A DNA stretch of 64,000 bases from Octopus bimaculoides (lineage: Eukaryota). Below the pieces are notes generated by a model. It saw only the letters and a list, made by a program, of their open reading frames with translations. It searched no databases and was not told the origin of the DNA. This document shows positions 1-12,200 of this stretch, in pieces; position 1 is the first letter of the stretch; each line of letters begins with the position of its first letter. The position numbers and the translations under genes are program-made. Location of the stretch: NCBI RefSeq assembly GCF_001194135.2, contig NC_068992.1:29732253-29796252 (forward strand), given 5' to 3'.

Positions 1-47
<47 letters not shown>

Positions 48-190
48 TATATATATAAATATATATATATATAAATATATACATATATACATATATACAC
101 GTACATGTATGCAGATATATATGTGTACACATATATGCATGCATGGATGCATGTATTTATGTGTGCATAAATACATATGTATGTATGTAT
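1..190. repeat. (AT)n / (ATGT)n compound microsatellite
   Basis: Directly visible dinucleotide run grading into ATGC/ATGT units. Confidence 0.95.
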
Positions 191-251
191 GTATTTTCGG
201 GGAACAACTCGAAGCATACACATAAGTCTATGTAAATGTATAAATATTCAG

Positions 252-580
252 CTAATAAACATTTTTGACTGCAGGGGACGTGAGTTCAGATGACATGGGC
301 AAACTTTGACCTTTTCTACAAAGAGAGTTCAGTCATATATTTACATGCTTTATGTGTCTCTTTCGAGATATTACTAAAAAGTGTGTAAGTGCAATGTTAT
401 TTTTGTACATAATGTACAATACTAAATTGTTTATATGTAGAGTATAGTGTATCTTTCAAACATATAGTATTTGCACTGTGTTCGTTACAACCAAATCTAC
501 TTCGCACTTGTTGCACATGCTCAAGCCTAATTAATTACTCGAATATTGCAGTATTTTCACATTTTAAATGTTCACTTAAT
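252..580 (-). mobile_element. Possible decayed piggyBac-like right end (cysteine-rich C-terminus plus TIR-like end)
   Basis: With frameshifts the minus strand reads C-x-x-C-N-I-R-V-I-N...M-C-N-K-C-E-V-D-L..C-N-E-H-S-A-N-T-I-C, resembling the piggyBac cysteine-rich domain (CxxC..CxxC..CxxH..CxxC). The sequence taaacatttttgactgcagggg near 256 loosely resembles a TTAA|CCCTTTGACTGC terminus. Highly degenerate. Confidence 0.3.
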
Positions 581-1011
581 ACGCTACGCTATTCGCCATA
601 ATGAATTTTTTTCAATACCATTGCTTCTCTATGTTAATTAAAGAATAATGTTTTTTAATTCTACTATATTACTGCTTTTTTATTGCAATGTAACACATTT
701 ATCTTTCCTTCAAATAATTTTCAAGCGTTGCTGAGAGAAATAACCTACCACGAATTACGTAAATATTAGTATACCAATTAGTTTACTAAGTCTGTATATT
801 TATATGTTTATTATATTGACATTTTCTGCGTAATGGTTCTGTAGATTACAAGTTTCACACAGGTTGATTACTGCACTTTTGAAGTTAAAGTTGATTACAG
901 ACATATTTAATTCAAGAATAAGAGGGAAACATTTCAAAGGATTAGTGCATCAGCAGCATATACATACATACATGCATACATACATACATACATGCATGCA
1001 TGCATACATAC

Positions 1012-1060
<49 letters not shown>

Positions 1061-1738
1061 NNNNNNNNNNNNNNNNNNNNNNNNNNNNNNNNNNNNNNNN
1101 NNNNNNNNNNNNNNNNNNNNNNNNNNNNNNNNNNNNNNNNNNNNNNNNNNNNNNNNNNNNNNNNNNNNNNNNNNNNNNNNNNNNNNNNNNNNNNNNNNNN
1201 NNNNNNNNNNNNNNNNNNNNNNNNNNNNNNNNNNNNNNNNNNNNNNNNNNNNNNNNNNNNNNNNNNNNNNNNNNNNNNNNNNNNNNNNNNNNNNNNNNNN
1301 NNNNNNNNNNNNNNNNNNNNNNNNNNNNNNNNNNNNNNNNNNNNNNNNNNNNNNNNNNNNNNNNNNNNNNNNNNNNNNNNNNNNNNNNNNNNNNNNNNNN
1401 NNNNNNNNNNNNNNNNNNNNNNNNNNNNNNNNNNNNNNNNNNNNNNNNNNNNNNNNNNNNNNNNNNNNNNNNNNNNNNNNNNNNNNNNNNNNNNNNNNNN
1501 NNNNNNNNNNNNNNNNNNNNNNNNNNNNNNNNNNNNNNNNNNNNNNNNNNNNNNNNNNNNNNNNNNNNNNNNNNNNNNNNNNNNNNNNNNNNNNNNNNNN
1601 NNNNNNNNNNNNNNNNNNNNNNNNNNNNNATATACATACATTTAATCAAAAGATTAAATGTGGCACTTAAAATGCTTGAGGCACCAGAATTTGGTAGGGT
1701 AAAAACCCAAAACAAAATCAAGAGATTTGGTGAATAAA

Positions 1739-1930
1739 ATTTGAAGAAAAGCAACAAAAATTCATTAGGTTATAGCAGTACGTACGTTTCGTACAAACCT
1801 CATTTATTTATGTAGTGAGGACACCACATAAGATATGCAATGTGGTGTTCTCACTACATAAATAAATGAGGTTTGTACGAAACGTTCGTACTGCTATGAC
1901 CTAATGAATTTTTGTTGCTTTTCTTCAAAT
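1739..1930. repeat. Long near-perfect inverted repeat (91-bp arms, 10-nt loop)
   Basis: 1739-1829 is the reverse complement of 1840-1930 with 3 mismatches, two of which would be G-U pairs in the plus-strand RNA. Loop is aagatatgca. Confidence 0.95.
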
Positions 1931-2119
1931 ATATATGTATATATATATCAGGTACGTGCCGTCAGTAATTGCTCAAGGTAGGCAGTTAGTGACTTTTGTG
2001 TAGTAAAACACACACGAAATAAGCGATATAGAAGCGCGTGACTGAGATGAAGGCAGATATACTTCTGTCTTTATAGGAAGTAAGGAAAACGGTGTTGTAG
2101 TAGCATGTGAAATGTTGTT

Positions 2120-2496
2120 GGCACTCCGTCGCTTACGACGTCGAGGGTTCCAGTTGATCCGATCAAAGGAACAGCTTGCTCGTGAAATTAACGTGCAAGT
2201 GGTTGAGCACTCCACAGACACGTGTACCCTTAACGTAGTTCTCGGGGATATTCAGCGTGACACAATGTGACAAGGCTGACCCTTTGAATTACAGGCACAA
2301 CAGAAACAGGAAGTAAGAATGTGAGAAAGTTGTATTGAAAAAGTACAGCAGGGTTCACCACCATCCCCTGCCGAAGCTTCGTGGAACTTTAAGCTGTTTT
2401 CGCTCAATAAACAATCACAACGCCCGGTCTGGGAATCAAACCCAATCCTATGACCGCGAGTCCGCTGCCCTAACCGCTGGTCCATTGCGCCTCCAC
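2120..2496 (-). mobile_element. tRNA-derived SINE (octopus OR-like)
   Basis: Minus strand begins gtggaggcgcaatggaccagcggttagggcagcggactcgcggtcataggattgggtttgattccc, with Pol III A-box (TGGACCAGCGG) and B-box-like (GGTTTGATTCC) motifs, followed by a GC-richer body of about 300 bp. The 3' boundary is approximate. Confidence 0.75.
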
Positions 2497-2645
2497 AGCA
2501 TGTGAAATACAGCAGTACTATACGTAGCTTAAATACTGAGATTGAATTGAAATGCAGGGCGAATCATGCCTGCCTAATCTACAAGAAAATAAAATAATTT
2601 ATGTTAAATCTCTGAACGAGGTATTAACAGTAACTGCACGACAAG

Positions 2646-2737
2646 GTGAAGTATATTTGCCACTTAAATGTGGCTGACCCCTACATTAACATCCACCCTT
2701 AGGGGTCAGCCACATTTAAGTGGCAAATATACTTCAC
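2646..2737. repeat. Perfect inverted repeat (38-bp arms, 16-nt loop)
   Basis: gtgaagtatatttgccacttaaatgtggctgaccccta (2646-2683) is the exact reverse complement of 2700-2737. It ends one base before a 10-N gap. Confidence 0.9.
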
Positions 2738-2748
2738 ANNNNNNNNNN

Positions 2749-2782
<34 letters not shown>

Positions 2783-4557
2783 TATATACACATGCATAGA
2801 GATGTCAATAAATACATGTATGTGTGTGTGTGTAGATATATATACATATGCACATATACATCTAAGCATATGCAATGTGTATACATGTATAAATACATAC
2901 ACACACAGACACACACTCACACATATATACACGTGTGCGTGTACGTGTGTGTGAGTGAGTGTGCGTAAATATGCATATGTGTATAATGGGCTTGCACAAA
3001 ATTTCGTCTCCCAAATTTTACCGATACTATATTGGTCAACATTCTTGGGATTCCACACAATTACGTCGAAAGCAAGACTACAACAATGAAATATGTATTT
3101 TCATGGCTACAAGAAATTGACGACCGCCAATCTTAGCATTAGCATTTTGGTGAAAGCTTAGTGCTCTTTAGTAAATCCTACAATACAGAAAGAGAGTATA
3201 ACTGCTGCAATTGTATTTTAAAAATCAAAGATCCATATATAGAGTTTGTTATCTTTATTCTGCGAAAGCATCAGCGTCTTCTAGACTGATAACTTTTGCA
3301 CTGGAAAACATCTGATATCTGCAGATATGTTTTCATGCTAGAAATGCGACATACATTTTGCTGTAGGTGTCATCTTACAAAATAAGAGATACCAGTCCAA
3401 TATTATATAACTTTAAATTACTATTACATATTATAGCTATGTATATCTCATATACTTAAGCTGTTCAGCAAAATGACAGCATCACAATTCATATTTTTAA
3501 TGCGGAATGCGCGAGAAAAATCTCTTTAGGATTTAGTATATGAAGAATTATTTTACACGCAAGGATTTAGAATATATGAAGCATTTCAAAATAGGAAGCA
3601 AAAATAAGAATGAAAAATAGGAGAATGATTTTCTTACGATTTCGATATCAAACACAAAATATGAAATAATACAATATTAACTTGAAATGTATATGAAATC
3701 CATACAAAAAGTAAGATAAAAATTGGAGAGATTATGAGAAATAATGGTTGTATAACTATGTTATGCATTACAGAAACTCATGTATCTATATAATCTGGCT
3801 TATCACACATTGGAAGTGAAGAACAAGTCTACTTCCGAGGAAAACAAATTCGTCAGAATATACATGTTTACTTAGATAGACATACATAAATATGTGTGTG
3901 TGTTTATATACATGTAAGTATATATAATATGCATATGTATATGTATCAGTGTGTGTGTATGTATTGATTTATCGAAATACATTTGTGTATGCGCATGTGT
4001 GTATCAATGTCTTCGTAATTATGCGTCTATACGTGCATATATATGTATTTGTAGATGTAGGTGTATTTTTTATCTACACTAAATCACTTTGCTTTCTTTA
4101 CTGCATTCAGATAATGCACATGCACAAACACACACACACACACACACACACACATCATCATCTCATTTTGCTTCTGTTTCTACGGTTACATATACGCAAA
4201 CACATAATCGCATATTCATACCGGCTTAGATATTTATATTTCTAGATTTTTCATCTAAATATCCTAGATTGTTAGTACACATTACATTAATCTATCTTAG
4301 CATTACATACTGGATACAGTGCAACTAGTTTATGTTTAATTTATATCGGTTGTTCCATTGAAGCATTTTCACAGTAGTAAATTATCTACTGCTGATATTG
4401 TAACATATAGGAAACACACGGTTTATTCACGTCATGCAGTAAGTGTTCTGAGTTTATATCCCATCTCATAAGCAAACTTGCACCTAACTCCATGAATTGA
4501 CAGGAGAATGGGTACGGCCGAAACATTGGCAACTATATAATAGAGATCTCAAGTATT

Positions 4558-4703
4558 AGTGTATAATAATAATGATGATAGTAATAATAATAATGATAAT
4601 AATAATAATGATGATGATGATGATAATGATGATGATGATGATTATGATGATGATGATGATATGAACAACAATACTACTACTACAGCTATTACTACTACTA
4701 CTA

Positions 4704-4761
<58 letters not shown>

Positions 4762-4773
4762 TAATAATGATAA
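4558..4773. repeat. Compound (AAT)n/(GAT)n/(ACT)n trinucleotide microsatellite
   Basis: Directly visible. Confidence 0.95.
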
Positions 4774-6092
4774 TTGGAATATGACAAAATCAAGAAAAAT
4801 GAAATGAAGGAAAGCTTTAGGCAAGAATATCTCAGAAGAACCGAATTAAACATGGGAAATTGGCTCAACGTGAAGAACACTATCGAGGCAATGAACACAT
4901 GAATTGTTTCTTTAATACGATATGGCGCAGGTGTTATTAAGTGTACAAAGAACGAGCTTGAGGAAATGAACAGGGAAACTAAAACAAGTGATGACAACAA
5001 CGAGCTTCACGCAAAAAAGCAACATTGACAGGCTGTATGTGCTTAGGAACGATGGAAGAGGAGGCCTCATGGGATGCAAGATCTGTATTGTCAAACGACA
5101 AGAACAGTATGGGGGTGTACATCAAACAGCTGAGTGAATCCTTACTTACCCTCTGTTACAATTAACAAAAGAATACCTACCGAAAGAATGACACACCCAC
5201 AGGCATTTAAAAGAAGAAATAATAAACTGAAATCACTGCACGGACAATACCTAAAAAAAATCGATGGAAAAGATAAGAATTGCGATTGGCTAAAAAGTGA
5301 TCTCAAAGGATGCACAGACGCATTGTTATGCAACACGCTGGAAGAAACTCTAAGAACTCATTACACCAAGTTCCAAATAGTTAAGAGTACCGAATCGCCT
5401 CTTTGATGGATGTGTGACAGCAAAAATGAAGCGGTCTCACATATTGTGAATGAGTGAAGCGGTAATGTGTCTAAGTTTTCCGCTGGAGTCTATGTGAAAA
5501 GTACGACCTGGACAGAGCACGGAGATGGTACAAACATGAATGAAAAGTAGTTATCGAGAACAATGAATATAAGATACTGTGGCATTTTACAATCCAATAT
5601 GACTCCCTAATCGATGCTGGGAGACCCAACATTGTTGTGGTAGATAAAGGAAAAATGGAAAATAAAACTATAGATTTTGCAATTCCTGGTGATGCACGCA
5701 TAAGAGACAAATAACTAGAAAAATTGAGAAGTACAGACTACTAAAAGACGAAATAGTGAGAATGTGGACAATGAGGAGAGTGTCTACCATTCTAGGAGTT
5801 GTAGCGAAAGTCGAAGCATTTACATCCAAGTTCGAGAAATATGTCAGAGAAATTGGGATTGACATGAGAGCAGAGCTGGCCCCAAAAACTGCTCTGCGTG
5901 GGGACAGCGAAGATCTTGAGATTGGTACTTGGATGTTGAATGTCTCTCTCCCACGATAATTAACATTCAATTCCCAAAGCTTATAATCTTCGGAAAGAGA
6001 CCTTGTAAAACCTCTAACAACAGGCTGCTGTCCGCTCTTACAGTATCGACAAGAGCACAAAAGCACAAAATACTGAGCGCTCTAAGAAGTAA
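4774..6092 (+). mobile_element. 5'-truncated, decayed R4/Dong-like non-LTR retrotransposon (post-RT region, CCHC knuckle, restriction-like endonuclease, 3' UTR)
   Basis: Frameshifted reading gives LEYDKIKKNEMKESFRQEYLRR..NTIEAMNT..SLIRYGAGVI..NIDRLYVLRNDGRGGL; then *WMCDSKNEAVSHIVNE* (CxxC..H..C knuckle with both outer Cys mutated); then ENNEYKILWHFTIQYD..RPNIVVVDK..IDFAIPGD..EKYRLLKDEIVRMW (RLE PD..D..K-type motif). Confidence 0.85.
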
Positions 6093-6169
<77 letters not shown>

Positions 6170-6195
6170 GAAGAAGAAGAAGAAGAAGAAGAAGA
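6093..6195. repeat. (AAT)n changing to (AAG)n microsatellite
   Basis: Directly visible, immediately after the R4-like 3' UTR. Confidence 0.95.
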
Positions 6196-6204
6196 ATCAT
6201 TTTC

Positions 6205-6365
6205 ACTAGAGCCCAACGCCTGAAATTTTGGTGGAGGGGACTAGTCTATTACATCGAGCTAAGTGTGCAGATAGTACTTATTTCACTGACCCCGAAAGGA
6301 TGAACAGAAAATTCCACCTCGGGGCATTTGAGCTTAGAATGTAAAATCGGACAAAATACTGCAAT
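6205..6365 (-). mobile_element. Fragment of an abundant SINE-like repeat (same family as 31295-31508)
   Basis: Reverse complement contains ttcatcctttcggggtcagtgaaataagtact...gatgtaatagact, matching the tcatcctttcagggtgtataaattaagtgccag...gatctaattgac segment at about 31400-31460. Confidence 0.65.
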
Positions 6366-6429
6366 TCGGGGTGATAACGACTCGCATCACCATCAGCATT
6401 ATTATTATTATCATTACTATTGTTCTTTT

Positions 6430-6545
6430 TACTGCTCTAGTGATACGTATTTTACCGTCCACGAAAGGATGACAGGGAAAGTCAATCGCGGCGGAACGTG
6501 TACTCAGAGCATAAAGTCGGGCATTCCGTACGTTTTACGCTCTTC
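6430..6545 (-). mobile_element. Second, more decayed fragment of the same SINE-like repeat
   Basis: Reverse complement contains gattgactttccctgtcatcctttcgtggacggtaaaatacgtatcactag, homologous to the family core. Confidence 0.5.
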
Positions 6546-6859
6546 TAAAATATCAAAGATCTCTTGAAACAAGGAATTGTCGCTGACTCGTAAAGAATCC
6601 GCTTTGATGAAAACATAAAAGAATCGTTTAAAATCATAATATATCTGTGTTAGATTTTGGAAGAAGTTTACTTCATATACTTTTCTTGTTCGAGTCCAAT
6701 CTAAAAGTATTTTATCAAGAACTAAATCGAAATATAACTAGAATCAGTGTAGCATTAGCGACAAGAGAAAAATAGTAATTCCCGTGAGGAGCACATACAT
6801 CGAAGTAAGACACAAACAGGCAACCGTTCAAAACAACGAACACATCAGCCGAATAATTG

Positions 6860-7095
6860 TGTTAAGCAATATTACCATAAGAATTGAACCACTACAAAAT
6901 CAAATACTTGGACGGGACTAGGAACGGAGCAGATCCCAAAGTTATCAGCTCGGATATTTAAGAAGTATCTGATAAGAAACCGAATGGACCAGAGACAATC
7001 TTTGAGAAGGAAACCATCTTGATTCCAAAGACTAATTTTAACAATAAGCCTTAAAACCTATTGACTCATAACCTGCTTTTCTACAACTTTGTCAC
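6860..7095 (+). mobile_element. Very decayed RT N-terminal fragment, possibly R4-like
   Basis: Reads ..ETILIPKTN..KP*NY*LITCFST, resembling the T.LIPK..P.NYRPITCL.T motif of non-LTR RT domain 1-2. Confidence 0.4.
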
Positions 7096-8964
7096 AGACA
7101 AAAGATTATATAAAGAGAAGTATAAATGTGGTTTTGGTGTTTATGTATTGATTAGCAAAGCTAGAATTGAAGTAACAGGAGTTCAAAAAAACATCTGATC
7201 GATAGTATTCACCACGTATGGATCCAGAAAATATTGCCATTGAGTGAATTGTTAGTATTTAGTAGTAGATTTATTTAATAGGATATTGATAAATGAATAC
7301 TAAATTCTGCAAATGCGGGTAGAGAATAACAAAGCACACCAAATATATTTATATTAGACTGAAAGTATTCAAAATTCTCACTTTGTGCACTTCATTAGTT
7401 AAAGACATTTCTACATTTAACTAGTATGGTAAATCAAATTTAACACGAACTCAAATGCTATGGGGTGGGAAATAAAATATTTTTAACGAACGATCTCAGT
7501 CTGTAAACTGTTGATGACAAACAAATGAAACATAATTCAAGACAGCAGAAACTTACTAGGGGAATTGATATATTTGATTAGAAAAATGCACCTTGAAATG
7601 GTGAAAATTAACTAAGAACACTAATATTACATTAGATAAAGAAGACATATATGCAAATTAGGCAGAACAGACTCAAATAAACTAACGAATCAATGAACTA
7701 TTTTAGTAGAAAGTACACATACGAAAGAAAATTTTAGGAATGATTATTATAATTGCTTTAGTCTAATAATTGAATCAGAGCTTAATGCAAGTGTAATGAA
7801 ATAAGGATCGAAAATCTAGTTAATTCGATAATCTTAATTGAAAGTTAAATAAATCATCATGCCTAGAGAGACATAAGACAAGAAAATGGTGACTTCAAAT
7901 AGAAAACAATTCACAAAATGTAAAATAGAGATATATTTATTACAAATAAAGACAGGAGGAAGGAAACGCAACAGGGGAGCAATTATAAAATTGCACAACT
8001 ACGAAAGTATGTAGAGGAGAAGAATAGATAATAAATACAAATATCCAGTAATTATGAACAAAATACAAAACTATTTTCTGTATCTTAGTAATCCTCAAAA
8101 TACAAGCAATTATGAATGGGCTGTACTACATTTATAGAATTTTATAAAAGCATAAATGAAACTAAAAATGAGATTACAGAATGTATGCAAAATCTATGGC
8201 GTGAAATTCCACTATATAGGCAATGACAGACCTATACCAGCTTGGCTTACCCTGCACTGCTTCACAACAGTTTTGTTATGTTCCCGGTGTGGATATCATC
8301 AAGACTTCTTTATATAAACAACTGTCCCCAGTTAACATTTCTTTGTGCCGCATCAGTAATTTCCACCTGCCCCTATAGAGTTGCAAATGTAAGGATGATT
8401 TCAATGTCAACTCCACGAGTAATAGCTCTGCCTATAAACCCTTGAATTTTTTTCACTATGTCTTGCACTACCAGTCTGGCAGCAGGTGTGCAGAGCACTA
8501 TTGATGCTATCTCACCGCGTTCTGTACATCTCAATTCGGTCGATCGAACGAATGACGTGTCATATATTAGACAAAGTTTACAGCTATTCGTGTGTGATCA
8601 TAGGAAAATTTATAATAATATAATATAATGTAATATAATATAATATGATGTAATATGATATAATATAACATAATAATATATATGTTAATATAGTTTATGT
8701 GAACAGTGAAGACATTTCTTATCTCTTCTTTGATAACACCAACACTTCCAGATCCGTAGATGAAATCACATTACTAGTAAACAACACATGTTCAAATTAT
8801 GTGGACCCCAGCTAAAATGGTGGACGTCAAAACATTCTGAAGTCCCTTGAAGATAAAAGAGTAAACAAAAACAACATTCATTACATAAAAGTTTTCAATG
8901 TATTATGCGCAACTATAATAATGGTTTTTAATTTTGTTAGAAGCCAAACAATGTTAGTAAAATT

Positions 8965-9125
8965 TATAAGTCAGTTAACTCGACTCTCATGCTCAACTGG
9001 TACTTATTTTGTAGTCCCTGAAAGGTTTGAGAATAAAGGCAAACCAAGGCAGTAATTAAACTCAGAATGCAAAGCGCCGGAGGAAATATCGTTCAGTATT
9101 TTGTCCGACATGCTAACGATTGTGC
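8965..9125 (-). mobile_element. Fragment of the abundant SINE-like repeat
   Basis: Reverse complement starts gcacaatcgttagcatgtcggacaaaatactgaacg and contains aaaataagtaccagttgagc...gagtcgag, homologous to 31295-31508. Confidence 0.65.
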
Positions 9126-9185
9126 GAAGCGATCAATGAAATGTTTATGGAAAGAGATTATACACAGATACTTCCAACACAGAAA

Positions 9186-9198
9186 AGTAATAATAATG

Positions 9199-9271
<73 letters not shown>
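9186..9271. repeat. (AAT)n microsatellite
   Basis: Directly visible. Confidence 0.95.
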
Positions 9272-9272
<1 letters not shown>

Positions 9273-12200
9273 CACGACAAATTAGAGATGCTCAACCATG
9301 CAAACACCGTTAGAATACAGAAAGCATTGTTTGACAAATTTAGAAATATTAGCCCTAAATTGTGATTATGGCAATATATTTGCTAGAGCTGAATATGGGA
9401 AGTAATCCTAGTAATGTTAAGCAAAAGTTGTAACATTTGGAAGAATCACGATAGAAATATTACTGTTATCGCAGAGAATAACGATAACAATGTTAACAGC
9501 ATAGACATTACGTTTCCGGTAGCCATATCACATCAGTGACACAAATTCTGGTTTGTACCGCTGAACAAGAACAATCCTAGATTACATGTATCAACTAAAT
9601 ACAGTGAAAATACAACACACTAAAGTGATTCCAATGAATTGCATACGTTTAAGAGGCCATTTCTTAAGAACCAGCGTAGGTTAATAGATTCTATCAGTAC
9701 CATACACATGAGAAGGTTACAATTTACTACGTTATATTTTGCACGTTGTGAAGCAAGTAAAAAAAACGAAGTTTACAATATATGAACTTTGTAGAAATTT
9801 TTACAAAAGTCCGTACTCTACCAGAGACTAGATACATGATACATGAATAATGATACATGAATACATGAATGATACATGAATGATACATGAATAATGAACA
9901 ACAGCAAAGCTGTATGACATATCAAACAGAAAAAAAACATAATCCTTGAAATCAAATATTATTAATGTTTTACACCTCAAACCACAATTTTGAAAACAAT
10001 CTGCTCAAATTGTATAGGGTAATATGCAGTTAAGTCATAGATGTTGAAAAAACTCTGAGGGCAGAATTTAAAAGGAAAATAATAAATTTATAAAAGATAC
10101 AGCGATAAATGGAGTAGCTGACAGGAAGATTATTAGAAATTGAAAAACCATCATCTCTAAGAACTATACTACCTGATTTCATACTTACATTAATAGCTTT
10201 GGAAACTAGAAATTTTCTGACTGTTTTACGAAGTAAACTTTTTAGAGGTTGCTCCTTAACAGATTACACAGACATATAACGACAGTTTTCTGCTTTCTGT
10301 TATGCCGTCCGGAACAAGTATCTCGATGTCTCCTTATACGTAGGATCACAATGGTTTTCAAGAAAGAGTGTAAAATGTGCCATCTATAAACTAATCCATT
10401 GTCCGCTGCTAAATCATAAAGTGTATCCCAAAATCTAATCAATCACGATAATAGAAAATTTACAAAATTTAAAATGAAAAAAAAAACATTGTAACTTTTG
10501 TAGGACAGAAGGAATGTATTCACATGTTCTACTCGACTCTTGATCAGAGTCTTAACAAACTGAAACAGCCAAAATAAGGAGAACGAAAATAGTTTATGTG
10601 CATAGATTAACGGCAAGAAATCATTTGTTTTGTTTCCAAATATCTTGCTTATAAATATATTGGACGTACATCAATTTATTCTCACCGTTGTGTACTTCCT
10701 TAAAATTAAAAAAAAAAATGAGGAGTTGCTAAACGCTATGATTATAAAGTCTGGGCACAATTTGGGTTCCATGTTTCTGCAAAATACTATAAACAACAAG
10801 TAGCATAAACTAAAATAAAACTGTGTAGTGAACAAGAAATCATACTCTCGTAAGCGACAATGCACCATACAGCTCAGATACATGAGCATGCATTTGAGTA
10901 TTCATGAAACATTTCCCGGAGAAGGGAAGGCTTGCTACAAGACCTAAGTTTTCTGTAAAGAACAATTTCTGATTATAAAGCCATAACCGAAAATTGTAAC
11001 TGAATATAAAGAAGTGTGAATATTGCATGGATGAAATGATTACTATCATACGTTAGACAGTCCCTACAGGTAATCGTGGAAAATTTAACCACGTGTAAAA
11101 TATTATTAATCGGATGGAAATACATTAAACATGCATGACTAAATGGTAAGCAATTACGCAAACACAAAATAAAGTATCCATTCTAACTGTAGAGAAATAT
11201 CTCAATAAAACAAACGATTCTACCATATATAAAACAAACGCTGAATTAAAAAAAAGTTATGAAGAAAAAAGAGAGCAACAAAATAAATTATTGAAGAAGC
11301 AGAAAACGACACAAAAGAAAAAATATTAAGGTGAAACTAGGAGCCTCAGAATGCCATCCCAAAACAACAACAAGAAAAGTACTAACATAATATATATCTG
11401 TAAACAAAAAACATTATTAACGCTTCGTGACAATCATGTATCATATTTTTTTCATACCGCACAACTTATAAAGTAGCACACTTGTATTGGTCAGAAACAG
11501 GCGTTTTCAGTTTTCTGTTCCTTACTATGTACTGCAAGGGATTCATTTAGTGTAAACAGAGATATTTCCTGCAATATTCGCCTCCCTCCCCCAAAGAAAT
11601 CAAACGCAGATCATCGAATATCTTATTTAGGGCAAGTGAAAGTTTGCCTTGACTGAAAACACAGTCAACTCTCAGCATATAATATCGATAAATCGAACCA
11701 ATATATTAATGATTCTTACTTTGAATAGAATGAAAACTTGTGTAGTAGGCCACAGCTTTATTCGAGCAATCCCGAAGATAAGGGAACTATGCAAATGTGT
11801 GTATGTATGATCGCAAAAGTGACATAAAATACTAACACTATTTGAAAGTTTATCACTGGATTAAAAGGAAAAAAAATGAACAATTCACTTTTGTTCAATG
11901 TGTAATAACTTCCTTTTATATCTTATTAATAAATGCTTAGCAGACGTTACATGTGACTCTAGTTTAATATTTATCTGAGTCATCTTTCTATTTAGCTTAG
12001 CCTAAATTGTACTATTCATCTAGTCTTCAAATCCATTAAGGTACCCAGTTTTCAGTGTGTGAGTAAGAAAATTAATGAGCTGACCTTCGATCAGAAACGA
12101 ATCAATTTTTGTTATGGCTTAGATTTATAATATACCATTCGAACAGGCCGAGGCTAATATACAAGCAAGCTACATTGAAACCCTGCTATTCAAACGATGC

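Noticed and set aside
4559-4824. Poly-N/D/T, poly-I and poly-L ORFs (also at 5929-6303, 9067-9365, 20676-20994, 63768-63992)
   Set aside because: Translations of trinucleotide microsatellites, with no splice or domain support.
9272-9365. Sequence after (AAT)n reading IQKALFDKFRNISPKL, possibly an R4-like 3' end
   Set aside because: Too short and degenerate to support.
9830-9898. Short tandem of gatacatgaat-like units
   Set aside because: Ordinary slippage repeat; irregular and lacking spacers, so not CRISPR-like.
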